Positions 13,561 through 27,085 of a stretch of 64,000 nt of DNA are shown here, piece after piece (within the stretch, counting starts at the first letter, position 1; the number at the start of each line of letters is the position of its first letter). The notes under the pieces are model-generated. The model searched no databases. It was not told the origin of the DNA and saw only the letters and a program-made list of their open reading frames with translations. The translations under genes were made by a program, and so were the position numbers. The stretch covers positions 55,366,001-55,430,000 of the forward strand of contig OX597824.1 of the NCBI GenBank assembly GCA_951406725.2. The letters are read 5' to 3'. This stretch comes from Octopus vulgaris. Its lineage: Eukaryota.

Positions 13561-15259
13561 GTGGGAAAATATCTCCCTTGGAGATGAGGTCTCTAGTGGA
13601 TCTAGTTCTACAGAAACTGGGCAGCAATCACTTACAATGGAAAGAGAAAGCAAATATAAAATAGTAAGGTAAGAGAGCATATATAATTGCTTCCATTATC
13701 TTAAAGTTGTTGGAAATGATGGTCAGCAAAATAAGTATAGACTTCTTTTGATGAACTTTCATCAAGTTAAAGTCAAGAATAAAATTACTAAATTAGTTAA
13801 ACTATAGGAAGTTGTGTTACATATGTAACATGAAGTCAATTTTGGCTAACTTAAATAATTTTATAAATATTGTATAAATATGGGGTATATATTGCATGAG
13901 AGAAGGGCACAAGCTGCTTCTAAAATAAATACCTGGTTTTTGATTCACTTTTACAAGTATTTCACTTCTCATATCACTAATGTTATTGAAAAAGAAATGA
14001 ACACTATAACTCTTTTAAGCAAATGACTCAATTGTACAAATGAATAAATTATCCTTTTAATCTTTAGATAGCATAAAAGTTATTTTATTTACTTATAAAA
14101 TATGTCTTTTTGGCTTGGTTGGTATAAGAATTTGTTTCCCACCTTGTTTTTTAAATAATAGTTAACTCTAAAGTAATAGAAATACAATAGCTACAACCTT
14201 TAGCAATTATATATGCTGTTACAGTACTTGAAAAAGGAAATGTTGAATTTTGAACTAAGATTTTAAGAAAAATGTGACACCAGAATTATATAGCTATTGT
14301 TCCTAAACAAAAAAATGATAATAATTTGCTACATTTAATGTCTTAATTAAGTGCTTTTGTCAACAAGAGTGATAACAGTTACCAAGCTAAATGTTTCTAA
14401 TAGTATCTGTCCGAATTTTTTCTTCATTGTTTATATTTACTGATTAATCTCTGACCAAACCACTTACTTAACACAAAAAGTTAGTTTGGCATTAATAAAC
14501 AAGTGGAATTGATTCAGTAACTTACTAGTACTTATTGAACTGCCAATGAAATTGTGAGTAAAATCAACCTTGGTAAAATCCAGATTCAGAGATGTGAAAT
14601 TAAATATTGTAATGCAGCCTTCCCCACTTCTTCTAGATTGCTATCTTTATTCATTTGTAGCTAATTAAGTTCATTTGTTTTATTTAAATGTTGACAAATT
14701 AAAAGAAAATATATAAAAATTTTCCAACTTTATTGTTCTTGCCTGCATCTTCATAAAGATAGTTTTGACTGTTAAAATATACAAAAATAATGTGTAGTCA
14801 TACAAAAGTAATGTTCAATGAAACTTTTGTCTTAAACAAAGTATGATTTTGGCTTTATAAATGAGCAGCTGAGTAACATAGAATGATGAGAATTGAGCAT
14901 TACTGAACATTAATAAACTTACTAGATATACATTATACTATAATATCGCTAGAACACTGCCTTGAGACAGGTCATTATATTATTGTAAATTATACCTTCT
15001 GTTTCACTTTATCTTCTACAAAGAATTGTTAGTTCCTAACAAGAATAGCAATAAACATCCATGTTTGTCTTGATTTAAGTGAAATGTTCAAGTAGATTAA
15101 GATACTGCACTGCCAGTTCATGGTCTAAGAGTTCAAATTGCTTCTGGTATTTTATTTTGCATCTGATCAAAACACTGTTGTGTCTGTCCACCTATTTGTT
15201 TGTGTGTGTGTGTATGTGGATGTGTGTGTTTGTACATGTGCATGCACATATATATATTA

Positions 15260-16397
15260 CAAGGGTGGACTAAAAAGATCATAGGCTTTCAATACTAATG
15301 AAGAAGTGATGCTAAAGCTGTGAAATCTTGTATGCATTAAGTTCAACTCTTCTTAATAAATGCATTGCTTCTTTCCAGATAAACTGACAGCTGACTGTTC
15401 AAAGAAGACTTCAAAGTAACTAGTAGCACCTGCTTGAAAATTGATAAAATTTGGCATTGTGATGTTATCAAGTGCCTGCAGCAATAGTGTTTTGCTGACA
15501 TGCTTGCTACATTAAGGGATGATGCTCCAGCTTAATCAGTATTTCAAAAATAGGCAGCTGAACTTAGGAGGAGAAGGGAGAGTCTTGAAGATGATCCAAA
15601 GTCTGAATGTCCTGCAACTGTAACTTTTGAGGAAAACACTGATTGTGTTCACCACATGGTGATGGATGACAGACGATTGACTATAAATCGAATAGCCATT
15701 GCTGTTAGCATATTCCATAATAGAATTGAGAATATTCTGCTCAATGAACTTTGCATAACACCTATCTAACACCTGATCAAAGCATGCTGGGCTGATCACA
15801 TCACAGGAAAATCTGACATTGTTTGAGGCAGATCCAGCTGGTTTCTTTGAATGTTTCCTAAGACAGGATGAGTGATGGCTTCATCATTTTAAGCCAGAGA
15901 CAAAGAGACAATCCATGCAGTGGAAACACCCCTCCTCATCTGCCCCAAAGTTGTTTCATCTGCAGGGAAGGTGATGGCTTCAGCTTTTTGGGATGAAAAA
16001 AGCATTGTGCTTATTGACTGTCTTCAAAAGGACCACACCATCAATGGAAAATTGCTATGCCAACTTGCTGAGAAATTACAAAAGGCTGTCAAGATCAAAC
16101 ACCAAGGAAAACTAACAAAAACTGTGCATGACTTTGATATGGAATTGGTTGATCATTCCTGTTCTCTTGATTTAGCTCCATCTGACTATCATCTGTTCCC
16201 CAACATGAAACAACACTTGGCTGGGAACCAGTATTGCAGTGATGAGGACATCAAATCTGCTGTTGATAACTTTTTTTTAGCAATAGGATGGAAGAAGTGT
16301 GTGGACTGCAATGGGGGCTATGTTTAAAAATAAACCCTATTTGATCACATTCCATGGAGTATCTTGGTCAGCTTATGAGCTTTTCAGCCAACCCTCA
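15260..16397 (+). mobile_element. mariner transposon, internally deleted
   Basis: TIRs TA-caagggtggactaaaaagatcataggct and agcttatgagcttttcagccaaccctca-TA. Peptides SAGKVMASAFWD and CSLDLAPSDYHLFPNMK (ORF 15920..16327). Confidence 0.88.
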
Positions 16398-16989
16398 TAC
16401 TGCCTGAGCACACATCATGAAGCTGTTAATGATGCCAGAAGTTAGACATATTTACTAATATATTTATGATATTTTTAAAGTTTTTAACACTTTTCTTTAT
16501 ATCAACTACAACTAAAATCTCTAACATCTTGCTTTTTCATGTACTTGCATCTATTACTTGTAGCTTGTGCTTGATTGTTACTTCTCTCTAAATTATCTCT
16601 AGTATGTATTCACTGTGTTTGTTGCTTAGGTTATGCCTTCCTTCTTAACTGTCAGTTGTCATGTTTTAAATGTTGTAAAATCTCTATATAAACTGCAGCC
16701 ATTAATTATGTTTTGTGCTTATTACATTTCCAAAGCCCAATGCTGGTTTGTGTCTCCTTTCTTAATTTACACGTCTTCTTTCTTAAGTTATATACATATG
16801 TCAGCTTTCTTATGGTATATTGAAATATTCAGTGTTGTTCAAGTTGAAAACTTGAGGAATTAATGCTAACATCGGAAAGCAATTTATTTTAACTCTCATC
16901 TGAAAATTTATGTGCTACTATGTTTCAGCACATGAAACTAATAGTAGCACATAAAAACATATATTGTGTTTATTAAATAATATTTATCT

Positions 16990-18260
16990 TTCACCAAATG
17001 GAGTACTTTATTGTTGATCTTACCATCATGGAACAGCATACTATATATATATATATATATATACTCAAAATAAGCAACAAGAATATCTTCGGTAATTTGT
17101 ACGATCGTTTCACGCTACATCATTTTATTAAACATTGTAAGTATTACTGCAGTTTAAAAATGTTGAGCAATCATCAGCCATTTATAGAGGTTTTCCATTA
17201 AAATATATTTTCATATTAATTGATAACATTATAGAGAGGCTAAATATATAGACAGAGATGTCGATTTGAATTTTAAGAACATTAAGGTATTAGAATTTAT
17301 CTTCTGACTGAAGAATATTCATTAAGTTATTTTGAACTGCTAGAAGGTGGGGAGGTATATTCAGTTGAATGGAGACAACAGAGATTTTCTATTTATAGAA
17401 ATAGGGGTGAAATAAATGTCAAAAGTTATTCCTAAAGAAATTAAAGTAGAGAGGGGGTTATAATGCCCTAGAAGCTGTTTATTGCTGTTTGGCAAACAGA
17501 TTTTGTATCAAGAAAACTAGGTCAATGCTAGATGGTCAAAATGACCACCTATATACCAAAAAGTTATAGAGAATACAGAGATTCCTTTATACTTATATAG
17601 ATCAGATTTATACTTAGCTAGTAGGTGTTGATTATTTTGATACGTTGGATTAAAGGAGAAATTATAAATCTAATATTTATTAATTTTGGAGAAAAATCTA
17701 TCATTTATTATGAGTAGGCATAATACTCAATAACTGTGGACAAAAGTCTTATTAATAAAGTGAATATATTAGGGGTCAAATATATATATTTTAGAAAACA
17801 TGGAAGATGAATAATTTTCTTAGGTTTAGTAGAAGGTGATTTATTTTTATGAAGAGAAGTAATCAAGAAGTGTAAATTTCTCAGATTTAGTAGATAGTGA
17901 ATTGTTATTAATGAATTAAATTAAAGAATCTGTTAGACATAATATTTACTACCTGCAGAGAAAAGCTAATTAGTTAGGTAAAAATATCCTGGGTTAATGA
18001 TATATTAAGAAATGGAAATGAGGTAATCAAGATGAACTGAGTAGTTTCCTTAGGAACATAGAATTTATACTATTTAATATAGATTATCAAAAAAAACAAA
18101 AAAAAACAAGAGAGAATTTAATTCCAAATATGCAATGAAGTTTTTTAGTAATCTATGCGTGTTGAACTAAAAGCTAATATGGTATATTCATTCTTATTTA
18201 GTTATAAAGAATTAGAATTTGAAAAATTTAGGAATGGTCACAATATTATTATTTAAAATA
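16990..18260 (-). mobile_element. Penelope-like element 3' part, degenerate
   Basis: Reverse-complement similarity to 31640-32150, a WYIG motif near 17550, and a hammerhead motif in the 3' region. Confidence 0.55.
17094..17183 (-). ncRNA. hammerhead-like motif (type I, PLE-associated)
   Basis: CUGAUGA-uugcu...agcgu-GAAAC-gauc-GUA. Helix I is weak. Confidence 0.55.
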
Positions 18261-18269
18261 TTTAAACGT

Positions 18270-18648
18270 AGGCGTAGGAATGGCTGTGTGGTAAGTAGCT
18301 TGTTTACCAACCACATGGTTCCGGGTTCATTCCCACTGCGTGGTACCTTGGGTAAGTGTCTTCTACTATAGCCTCGGGCCGACCAAAGCCTTGTGAGTGG
18401 ATTTGGTAGACGGAAACTGAACAAAGCCCGTCGTATATATGTATATATATGTGTGTGTGCTTGACAACTCATGCTGTTGTGTTTACGTCCCCGTAACTTA
18501 GTGGTTCGGCAAAAGAGACCGATAGAATAAGTACTAGGCTTACAAAGAATAAGTCCTGGGGTCGATTTGCTCAACTAAAAGGTGGTGCTCCAGCATGGCC
18601 ACAGTCAAATGACTGAAATAAGTAAAAGAGAGAGTAAGAGTAAAGAGA
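18270..18648 (+). mobile_element. tRNA-derived SINE (octopus-type)
   Basis: A-box-like TGGCTGTGTGG and B-box-like GGTTCATTCCC. The body is shared with other copies in the window, and it ends in a (GAGTAA)-like tail. Confidence 0.85.
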
Positions 18649-18649
18649 G

Positions 18650-19295
18650 TACGGGTTGTGCGATGTATGCAAGATCTCCTAGTTCAGAACGGTTATTTAA
18701 CAGATTTGTATTATTCCTGTTTTGAAATTTCATATGTTTCCATAGAACAAAGTTCACAACCATCTCTACTATTTTTATAAGGCCGTGCTTTCCTTACTAT
18801 ATCCCATTTCAGGTTAAATTCTATATTATTCCTTTTCAGTTCCTAAAATTTACTAGACAATGTTGTGCAACCTGCCTTGTGTTTAAGCCTAAAGGAGGAA
18901 AAATGATTGTTTAAACGTTTTTTTAAATCCACTGAACAACCGAAATAAAGATAGTTGTTATTTGAAGTCACTATTGTACATTTATAGATTACATTTTGGA
19001 CCAAACAGTAGCCAGATATTGGACATTTCGATCTAATCCTACAATTAGGGATAATTCATGGTATAATTCATGGTACTAGTATTATTTATGGACAATTCAT
19101 TTTCATTTTCGTTACTAGAGTTATTATTAGTATTAGTGTTATTTCCTCTAACAGTAGTTATATTATTATGTAAATTGGGGTTACTAGTTACTATCCTCAC
19201 CTACTACATCTTTATCTTTATTACCCATATTATTGATGTTGTCATTATCATTATTTATATTAATGTTTTTATTATTATCATTATTATCACCATCA

Positions 19296-19333
<38 letters not shown>

Positions 19334-20607
19334 ATTATTATTATTATTATCATTATTATCATTATTATTATTATTGTTATTTTTATTATTATTATTACCA
19401 TTATTATTGTTGTTACTATTTATTCCATCTCTAGCTAACTTTATATTTTTACTATTAAGTCTAGCTATTATGGTAGCCATATTTGGAAGAGTAGAATATG
19501 ATATTCTTACTGATTTCTTAGAAATTATTTTATAATATTTATGGGAAACTGGGAAGTTTTTTTCTAGTATAGACATAAATCTACTGTATATATTCATAGA
19601 GATCACACAGTTGAAGGGAATATTTAACCAAATAACATTTTTTCTTTTGTATTTTTTATTTGAATAAGAGTGGGAAAGATTAATGTTATCTATATTCCTA
19701 TGAGATTCATTATTCATTTTAGTCTTATATTTATGTTTATTAGGTTTTTTTTCTTTGTGGGGGAGATTTTCATATTATTATTTACATTTATTTTATCAGG
19801 TTTAACATTTTCATATTTATTTATGATCTGTTTACTATTTTCATTCATATTATTGAGTTTATATACTAGGTTCTTTTCTTCTATTGATTCATGTTTATTT
19901 AGAGTATGAGATTCTATATTGACCTATTTACATTCACTTCATCGTTTAAGAGATTTATGTTATCAAGATCTAGGAAGGTGATTTCCTGGTCATATCCAGC
20001 CCTAGATAATGCAACATTATAATGATTCAAGTGAGAGTCAAAAATTTCAATATTCGATAATAATTTTGAAATTCTCCGAGAAATATTTTTCACTATTGAT
20101 TTTAGTATATTAGTGGGGCGATTGGATAATTTATTTACGTATCTGGTAACTTCATCCTCCTTTCTAAATGGGTGATATAACTTTGAATTTAAGTCTAAGG
20201 TAATGTCTAGAAAATTCACTATCTTGGTGTTATATTCATACGTAATACCTAAGTTGAAATCTTTGAAAAACCTACTAATTTTCTTTCTTATTCTCTCAAT
20301 TTTTGATTTATTGTTACTAGGTACAATAAATAAAGCATCATCTCTATATAACCCTCCTTGTAATTCTGGGATTTCCCTACCTATGCATTTTAATAAATAC
20401 GCTCCTACTAAATTCGTTATCTCTGCCGAATCACTCGAGCCCATGGGTATGTCGAAATTATTTGGGGTATCAGCCCTAGTCCATAATTTTCATTCAAATT
20501 CGATGATAGTTTTCCTAGTTAATAGAATGATGTCAATTTCTTCCTTAGTTATGAGAGAGATGTTCTTAGCAAAAATGAGTGATTTATTATGCTGGAATAG
20601 TAATTGC
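18650..20607 (-). mobile_element. Penelope-like element RT and GIY-YIG, 5'-truncated
   Basis: MGSSDSAEITNLVG, GLYRDDAL and FLDITLDL (ORF 19914..20444); NVIWLNIPF and KYYKIISKKSVRISYS (ORF 19184..19717); NVIYKC..YFGC downstream. Confidence 0.9.
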
Positions 20608-20623
20608 TAATATATATATATAT

Positions 20624-21622
20624 GGTTGTAGCTGACAGTAGAGACAAGATAGGTAAACTTCTCCATATCCTGTAGTCTGTGATCTCCAATATGTATGTTT
20701 GGGATGTCCAATGTAGCCTGACCTATGATTTTGGTCTTCTTGAGGCTGATAACTAAGCCAAAGTCTCTACATGCTTGCTCAAAGCTGTTGATGAGCCTTT
20801 GCAGGGCTTCTTCTGAGTGTGATACCAGAGCAGCAGCATCAGCGAAGAGCATCTCCTTGATAGGATGCTTCTGATTTTGGTCTTGGCACGCAGACGCGAG
20901 AGATTGAACAGTTTCTTGTCACTTCTACTGTGCAGAAACTCTCCATCATCTGATGTCTGACAGGCATGTGACAGCAGCAGCGAGAAGAAGATGCCAAATA
21001 ATGTAGGAGCAAGAACACAGCCTTGCTTTACCTAAATATCTTTCACCTGTGCTGCCTCCGGAAAATTCTTGGCATCAAATGGCAGGATCGTGTCCCCAAC
21101 AAAGATGTCCTTAAGCAAGCAGGAATACCAAGCATGTTTGCACTCCTCACATAATGAAGTATGAGATGGCTTGGACATTTTAGTTGTATGGAAGATGGCA
21201 GAATCCCTAAGGACATACTCTACGGAGAGCTTGCTAGGGGCACTAGGTCTGTGGGAAGGCCGTTCTTACAGTACAAGGATGTTTGCAAATGGGACATGAA
21301 GGCCTGTGACATCAATATTAGCAACTGGGAAGCGGTTGCCAGCAACTGTAGAGATTGGTGATGCACCATAGAAGGAGTGACAGAGGGAGAGAGAGAGAGG
21401 AGAAATGGAAAGACAAAAAAAAAACAATAACAAAAAACTATGACAACCAGCCAGGCAAAGTCTTCACTACATCTGCATCACATGCCAGAGGGAGTGTTTG
21501 TCCAGGATAAGACTATACAGCCACAGCAGGAGATGTAATTGACATGAAATGTAAAACCCAGATTGGATTATTTTATGCACAATTCCATTGTCTCCTGAGG
21601 CAAAAGGATGCTAACAGCAACA
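20624..21622. mobile_element. RTE (BovB-like) LINE, 5'-truncated with 5' inversion
   Basis: 20624-21032 minus strand: VKQGCVLAPTLF, MLFADAAAL, FTYLVS. 21033-21622 plus strand: FHLCCLRKILGIKWQD, MRWLGH..RIPKDILYGEL, then a 3' tail. Confidence 0.85.
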
Positions 21623-21834
21623 ATATATATACAAATGTAAGACCCAGTTATTGAGGTTAGCTTCCAGCAATCCATAGTAAATATTAAAAAAATAACTTTC
21701 AGGGACAATAGTTGTTTATTGAGAGGGATGGCTGTGGATTTTTTTCCTATCGGAGAATGATAAGCTGAAAAAAATTCTTTTTATATTCCATGGTAGGTGA
21801 CCAGGGTTGCCAGGTGTATGAATAAGAATACAAA

Positions 21835-22195
21835 ACTTATGGAATGGAGTAGGAAAGATCTGGGATACATAAGTTTCATAGCAAGCGGAACCTCAGAAGT
21901 GGTAAAATCCAAGTGAGGTGTATACCACCAACTACTCTTCAGGCCAAGGATATTTTGGTTAGAGTAAAGGTTACATTGTCACAAGGAGGTACATGTTGAT
22001 GCAAGGAAGATTCAATCAGAAAGTAGAGTATGAGAGGAGTATATAAATGTAGGAAGAAATAAGTATTAGAAGAAGGGAAGAAAGAAGAATGTAACCTTTA
22101 ATCTAACTAGATATCCTTGGCCTGAAGAGTAGCTGAGGTTCCGCTCACTATGAAACATATATAGCCTAGATCTTTCCTACTCCATTCCGTAACGC
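21835..22195. repeat. inverted pseudo-LTR pair carrying hammerhead motifs
   Basis: 21835-21978 is reverse-complementary to 22088-22195. Each arm has CUGAAGA-guag..cuau-GAAAC. Confidence 0.75.
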
Positions 22196-22210
22196 TTGCA
22201 TATATATATA

Positions 22211-22609
22211 TTCTTCTTTTATTTGTTTCAGTCATTTGACTATGGCCATACTGGAGCACCACCTTTAGTCAAGCAAATCGACCCCAGAACTTATTCTTTG
22301 TAAGCCTGGTACTTATTCTATCAGTTCTTTTGCTGAACTGCTAAGTTACTGGGACTTAAACACACCAGCATCGGTTGTCAAGTGACATTGGGGGACAAAC
22401 ACAGACACATAAATACGCACACACACATACACTTACACACACACGCATATAACAGGCTTCTTTCAGTTTCCCCCTATCAAATCCACTCACAAGGCTTTTG
22501 TTGACCCAAGGCTATAGTAGAAGACACTTGTCCAAGGTGCCATGCAGTGGGACTGAACCTGGAACCATGTGGTTGATAAACAAGCTACTTACCACACAGC
22601 CACTTCCGC
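22211..22609 (-). mobile_element. tRNA-derived SINE
   Basis: Reverse complement of the 18270-18648 family. Confidence 0.85.
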
Positions 22610-22982
22610 ATTATACTTGAGACAGTTCGATCTGGTTGCTCCCCAAAAAAGCCCAAGCTAAGAGCATTAGATTTTTTAGTACAGCAACAAAGACAAAAAA
22701 TTGAGAACATGGTACACAATTAAAAATACAAACAACAAGAATATAACACTAGATGTCTTTCAACTGTAACTGCCTGAAACAGTAGGGACATCTGGAACTT
22801 GATTGAAGAAAGAATGCCACGAATGACACATACTTTTTTTTCCTTTCCTTCTAATTGTTTCTCCTGCCTGTCTGAATGTCTTATTGTCCTCTTTTGCATT
22901 TTTGTTCCATTATTTATATTTATATTTACATATAGTGGCATATGTACACACTTGTGCTCACCTTATAGTAAGTATATATATA

Positions 22983-24973
22983 TCATCATCATTCATCATT
23001 CATTTAGCGTCCGTTTTCCATGCTAGCATGGGTTGGACAGTTCAACTGGAGTCTGGGGAGCCCGAAGGCTGCACCAGGCCAGTCAGATCTGGCAGTGTTT
23101 CTACAGCTGGATGCCCTTCCTAACGCCAACCACTCCGAGAGTGTAGTGGGTGATTTTATGTGCCACCGACACAGGTGCCAGACGAGGCTGGCAAACGGCC
23201 ATGCTCGGATGGTGTTTTTTATGTGCCACCGACACAGGTGCCAGATGAGGATGGCGAACGTTCGGATGGTTTTCTTGTGTGCCACCGGCACTGGTACCAC
23301 AAAGATACAAATTCCATTGATGTTCATCTATTTTGATTTGTTTTGATTGATTTTCACTTGCCTCAACAGGTCTTCACAAGTGTCACAAGGAAGGTATGCA
23401 CAGGTGGACTGACTACGTCCCAGGTAGGGTCCACAGGTTATGGCCTGACTAGTCTTGCTGGGTCTTCGGATGGTGTTTTTATGTGCCACCGACACAGGTG
23501 CCAGATGAGGCTGGCGAAACGGCCACGATCGGATGGTGTTTGTTACTTGCCCACAGCACGGAGGCCAGTCGATGCGGTACTGGCTACGGCCACGTTCGGA
23601 TAGTTTTCTTGTGTACCACCGGCACTGGTACCACAAAGATACAAATTCCATTGATGTTCATCTATTTTGATTTGTTTTGATTTGATTTGATTTGATTTTC
23701 ACTTGCCTCAACAGGTCTTCACAAGTGTCACAAGAAGGAAGGAAGGTATGCACAGGTGGACTGACTACGTCCCAGGTAGGGTCCACGGGTTATGGCCTGA
23801 CTAGTCTTGCCGGGTCTTCGGATGGTGTTTTTATGTGCCACCGACACAGGTGCCAGATGAGGCTGGCGAACGGCCACGATCGGATGGTGTTTGTTATGTG
23901 CCCACAGCATGGAGGCCAGTCGATGCGGTACTGGCTACGGCCACGTTCGGATGGTTTTCTTGTGTGCCACCATACTGGTATCACAAAGATACAAATTCCA
24001 TTGATGTTCATCTATTTTGATTTGTTTTGATTTGATTTTCACTTGCCTCAAAAGGTCTTCACAAGTGTCACAAGAAGGAAGGTATGCACAGGTGGACTGA
24101 CTACGTCCCAGGTAGGGGCCACGGGTTATGGCCTGACTAGTCTTGCCTGGTCTTCGGATGGTGTTTTTATGTGCCACCGACACAGGTGCCAGATGAGGCT
24201 AGTCTTGCCGGGTCTTCGGATGGTGTTTTTATGTGCCACCGACACAGGTGCCAGATGAGGCTGGCGAACGGCCACGATCGGATGGTGTTTGTTATGTGCC
24301 CACAGCACGGAGGCCAGTCGATGCGGTACTGGCTACGGCCACGTTTGGATGGTTTTCTTGTGTGCCACCGGCACTGGTATCACAAAGATACAAATTCCAT
24401 TGATGTTCATCTATTTTGATTTTCACTTGCCTCAAAAGGTCTTCACAAGTGTCACAAGAAGGAAGGTGTGCACAGGTGGACTGACTACGTCCCAGGTAGG
24501 AGCCACGGGTTATGGCCTGACTAGTCTTGCCGGGTCTTCGGATGGTGTTTTTATGTGCCAACGACACAGGTGCCAGATGAGGCTGGCGAACGGCCACGAT
24601 CGGATGGTGTTTGTTACGTGCCCACAGCACGGAGGCCAGTCGATGCGGTACTGGCTACCGCCACGTTTGGATGGTTTTCTTGTGTGCCACCGGCACTGGT
24701 ACCACAAAGATACAAATTCCATTGATGTTCATCTATTTTGATTTGTTTTGATTTGATTTGATTTTGATTTGATTTTCACTTGCCTCAACAGGTCTTCACA
24801 AGTGTCACAAGAAGGAAGGTATGCACAGGTGGACTGACTACATCCCAGGTAGGGGCCACGGGTTATGGCCTGACTAGTCTTGCCTGGTCTTCTCATGCAC
24901 AGCATACTTCCATAGGTCTCGGTCTCTAGTCATTTCCTTAGTGAGACCTAAAGTTCGAAGGTCGTGCTTCACC
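22983..24973 (-). mobile_element. RTE LINE 3' end with tandemly amplified 3' UTR
   Basis: C-terminus VKHDLRTLGLTKEMTRDRDLWKYAV near 24890-24973 matches ORF 41477..41680. A ~345-bp unit repeats at 23350, 23696, 24036, 24419 and 24773. (GAT)n tail at 22983. Confidence 0.88.
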
Positions 24974-24984
24974 ATTTATATATG

Positions 24985-25460
24985 ACTCATTTGGGGCAAA
25001 AACTTTTTAGGTAAAATAGATTTATGCTGGCTTTTAAAGTGTTATGACAAATTTATCACAGAATTGGCTGTTTTATATCTCTACAGTATAAAGATCTACA
25101 ACTTTTACAGATATATTAAATAGGAAAAATTGCCAAGCATGAGATTAGAACTTATTTTAAAATTCCAAGGAATTTCAAAATATCAGCAAACTGTCAGGGA
25201 TGGGACAAGTACTAAAGAGGTGTCATCTCATTATTTGGGATGAGTTTACGATGGCCATCACAAATTCTTTGGAAACATTGAATTGAAGCTTTCATGATTT
25301 AAGAATTTCTGAAGTATTAATGTGTGGTGTTATTCTTTTACTATGAAGAAACTTTTGCCAGACTTTGCATGTAATTGCAAAGGGCACTAAAGCAAATAAG
25401 TAAATAGCTTACTTGAAGTCATCTTATTTGTGGAGGAAAATAACAAGAATATGCCTAAGA
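24985..25460 (+). pseudogene. Helitron PIF1-like helicase fragment
   Basis: IIWDEFTMA...NFCQTLHVIAKGT...AYLKSSYLW, similar to ORF 42588..43544. Confidence 0.65.
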
Positions 25461-25464
25461 AAGG

Positions 25465-25775
25465 CACAGGGATGGCTGTGTGGTAAGAAGTTTGCTTCCC
25501 AACCACATAATTGTCTACTATAGCTTCGGGCTGACCAAAGCCTTGTGAATGGATTTAGTAGACAGAAACTGAAAGAAGCCCATTGCATATATACATATGT
25601 ATATATCTATGGATGTGTGTCTGTGTTTGTCCCCCAACTCCACCACTTTACAACCAGTCTTGGTGTGTTCTTGTAACTTAGTAGTTTGGAAAAAGTTGTT
25701 TGATTAAAACACTTCAAAGCGGTGCCCCAGCACAGCTACAGTCAAATGACTGAAACAAGTAAAAGATAAAAAAAA
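25465..25775 (+). mobile_element. tRNA-derived SINE, internally deleted
   Basis: Same family as 18270. Confidence 0.8.
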
Positions 25776-25912
25776 CAAATGATGAAATATGTATATAACA
25801 TGACAAAACAGTGTTATATGGTTTAGCACCTGAATAATGCCAGATAAACCTCCTATATATATATATATAAATATTTTACGAAAAGAAAATATAAAATACA
25901 CGTGGAAATGTA

Positions 25913-26236
25913 AGGGTAAAACATGAAAAATCAACGAAAATGCATATTGCAGATAGAAAAGGCTATTTATGACAGGTAGTGACAAATATATACATTTAGA
26001 TTGACTGAGGTAGTAATACGAGTCAAACGATGAATAATCTACGCGTAAACCAATTGGTTCGTTTTATTCTCTTACTTTATTATTATTATCGTCTTATAAT
26101 CATCTCATAATAATGACCTTTATGACTCGTATTACTACCTCAGTCAATCTAAATGTATGTATTTGTCACTACCTGTCATAAATAGCCTTTTTCTATCTGC
26201 AATATGCATTTTCGTTGATTTTTCATATTTTACCCC
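25913..26236. repeat. inverted repeat (~113-bp arms) of a PLE terminal sequence
   Basis: 25913-26025 versus 26123-26236. The arm resembles 29270-29390 at the end of a PLE. Confidence 0.75.
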
Positions 26237-26261
26237 TATATATATATATATATATATATAT

Positions 26262-27085
26262 ACTAGCAGAATTGCCCGGCATTGCTCGGGGCTGAATTGC
26301 TTGAAAGTACTGTTAATGATTGCACTGAATTATGATGATTATTCAGGCAAATATTGATATAAGTTTACGGTGGGAGATAAGGACTTAACGATCAAACGTG
26401 TGCCATTGCATTGTTTTGGGGGAACCAAATATCTGATGAGCATTATAGGGGCACCAACTTTAAGTTTGAGAAAGTGTGGTGGTAGTCCGGGGTGCTCAAA
26501 GGAATTGAGTACCTCTATTGGATAGTTGATGACGTCCTCTGGGTCAGGAGTTGTATCGATAGACTGATATACATAGACTTCCCCAGGAATGAGTTTTAGC
26601 ATTTCATCATTAATATGGTGAACAGTTTTATTCCTCGGGGCCAGTATAGCCTTTTTGCCAATCCAATCCATATTCTAATAATTAGCTTGTAGATCTGGGA
26701 ACACTGCATCTCTGAGATCAGAAGGCGTCTTAACAAAGGTACAAATGGAATCGATGGTAATATTACCAGTTTCATCCCCTGGTATTTTGCCTTCGCCAAG
26801 TGCAAGGAGGGTGTGAGGAAATGCTGCTGATGTGATATTACGTCGCATATGAGCACGCATATTGGTGTGAAGTTTGAGAGTTACTTCCCTTTATTTAAAA
26901 AATATGCATTAAAATGGAAAAAAATGATGGTAAATTATTTGTAAAATCGTAGACTCATCGTAGACGTGCGCTAATACCCAGAAGGGCTCGATATGAATCA
27001 CGACTATAAGATACTATAAAATGTGGGAGTAGTTAGGAATCTAAATCGGAGTAGACAGACACACAATCTTTCTTTTATATATAAA
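26262..27085 (-). mobile_element. non-autonomous Helitron carrying a helicase fragment
   Basis: Minus-strand 3' end CCCGAGCAATGCCGGGcaattctgCTAGt. Peptides AILAPRN, GLPPHFLKLKVGAPIMLIR, CNGTRL (ORF 26339..26671). Confidence 0.8.

Noticed and set aside
18270-18345. tRNA gene
   Set aside because: It is a SINE head with A/B boxes and no convincing cloverleaf, and it is followed by the SINE body.
23004-24741. Many overlapping ORFs with repeated peptides
   Set aside because: They are a by-product of the GC-richer tandem RTE 3' UTR.
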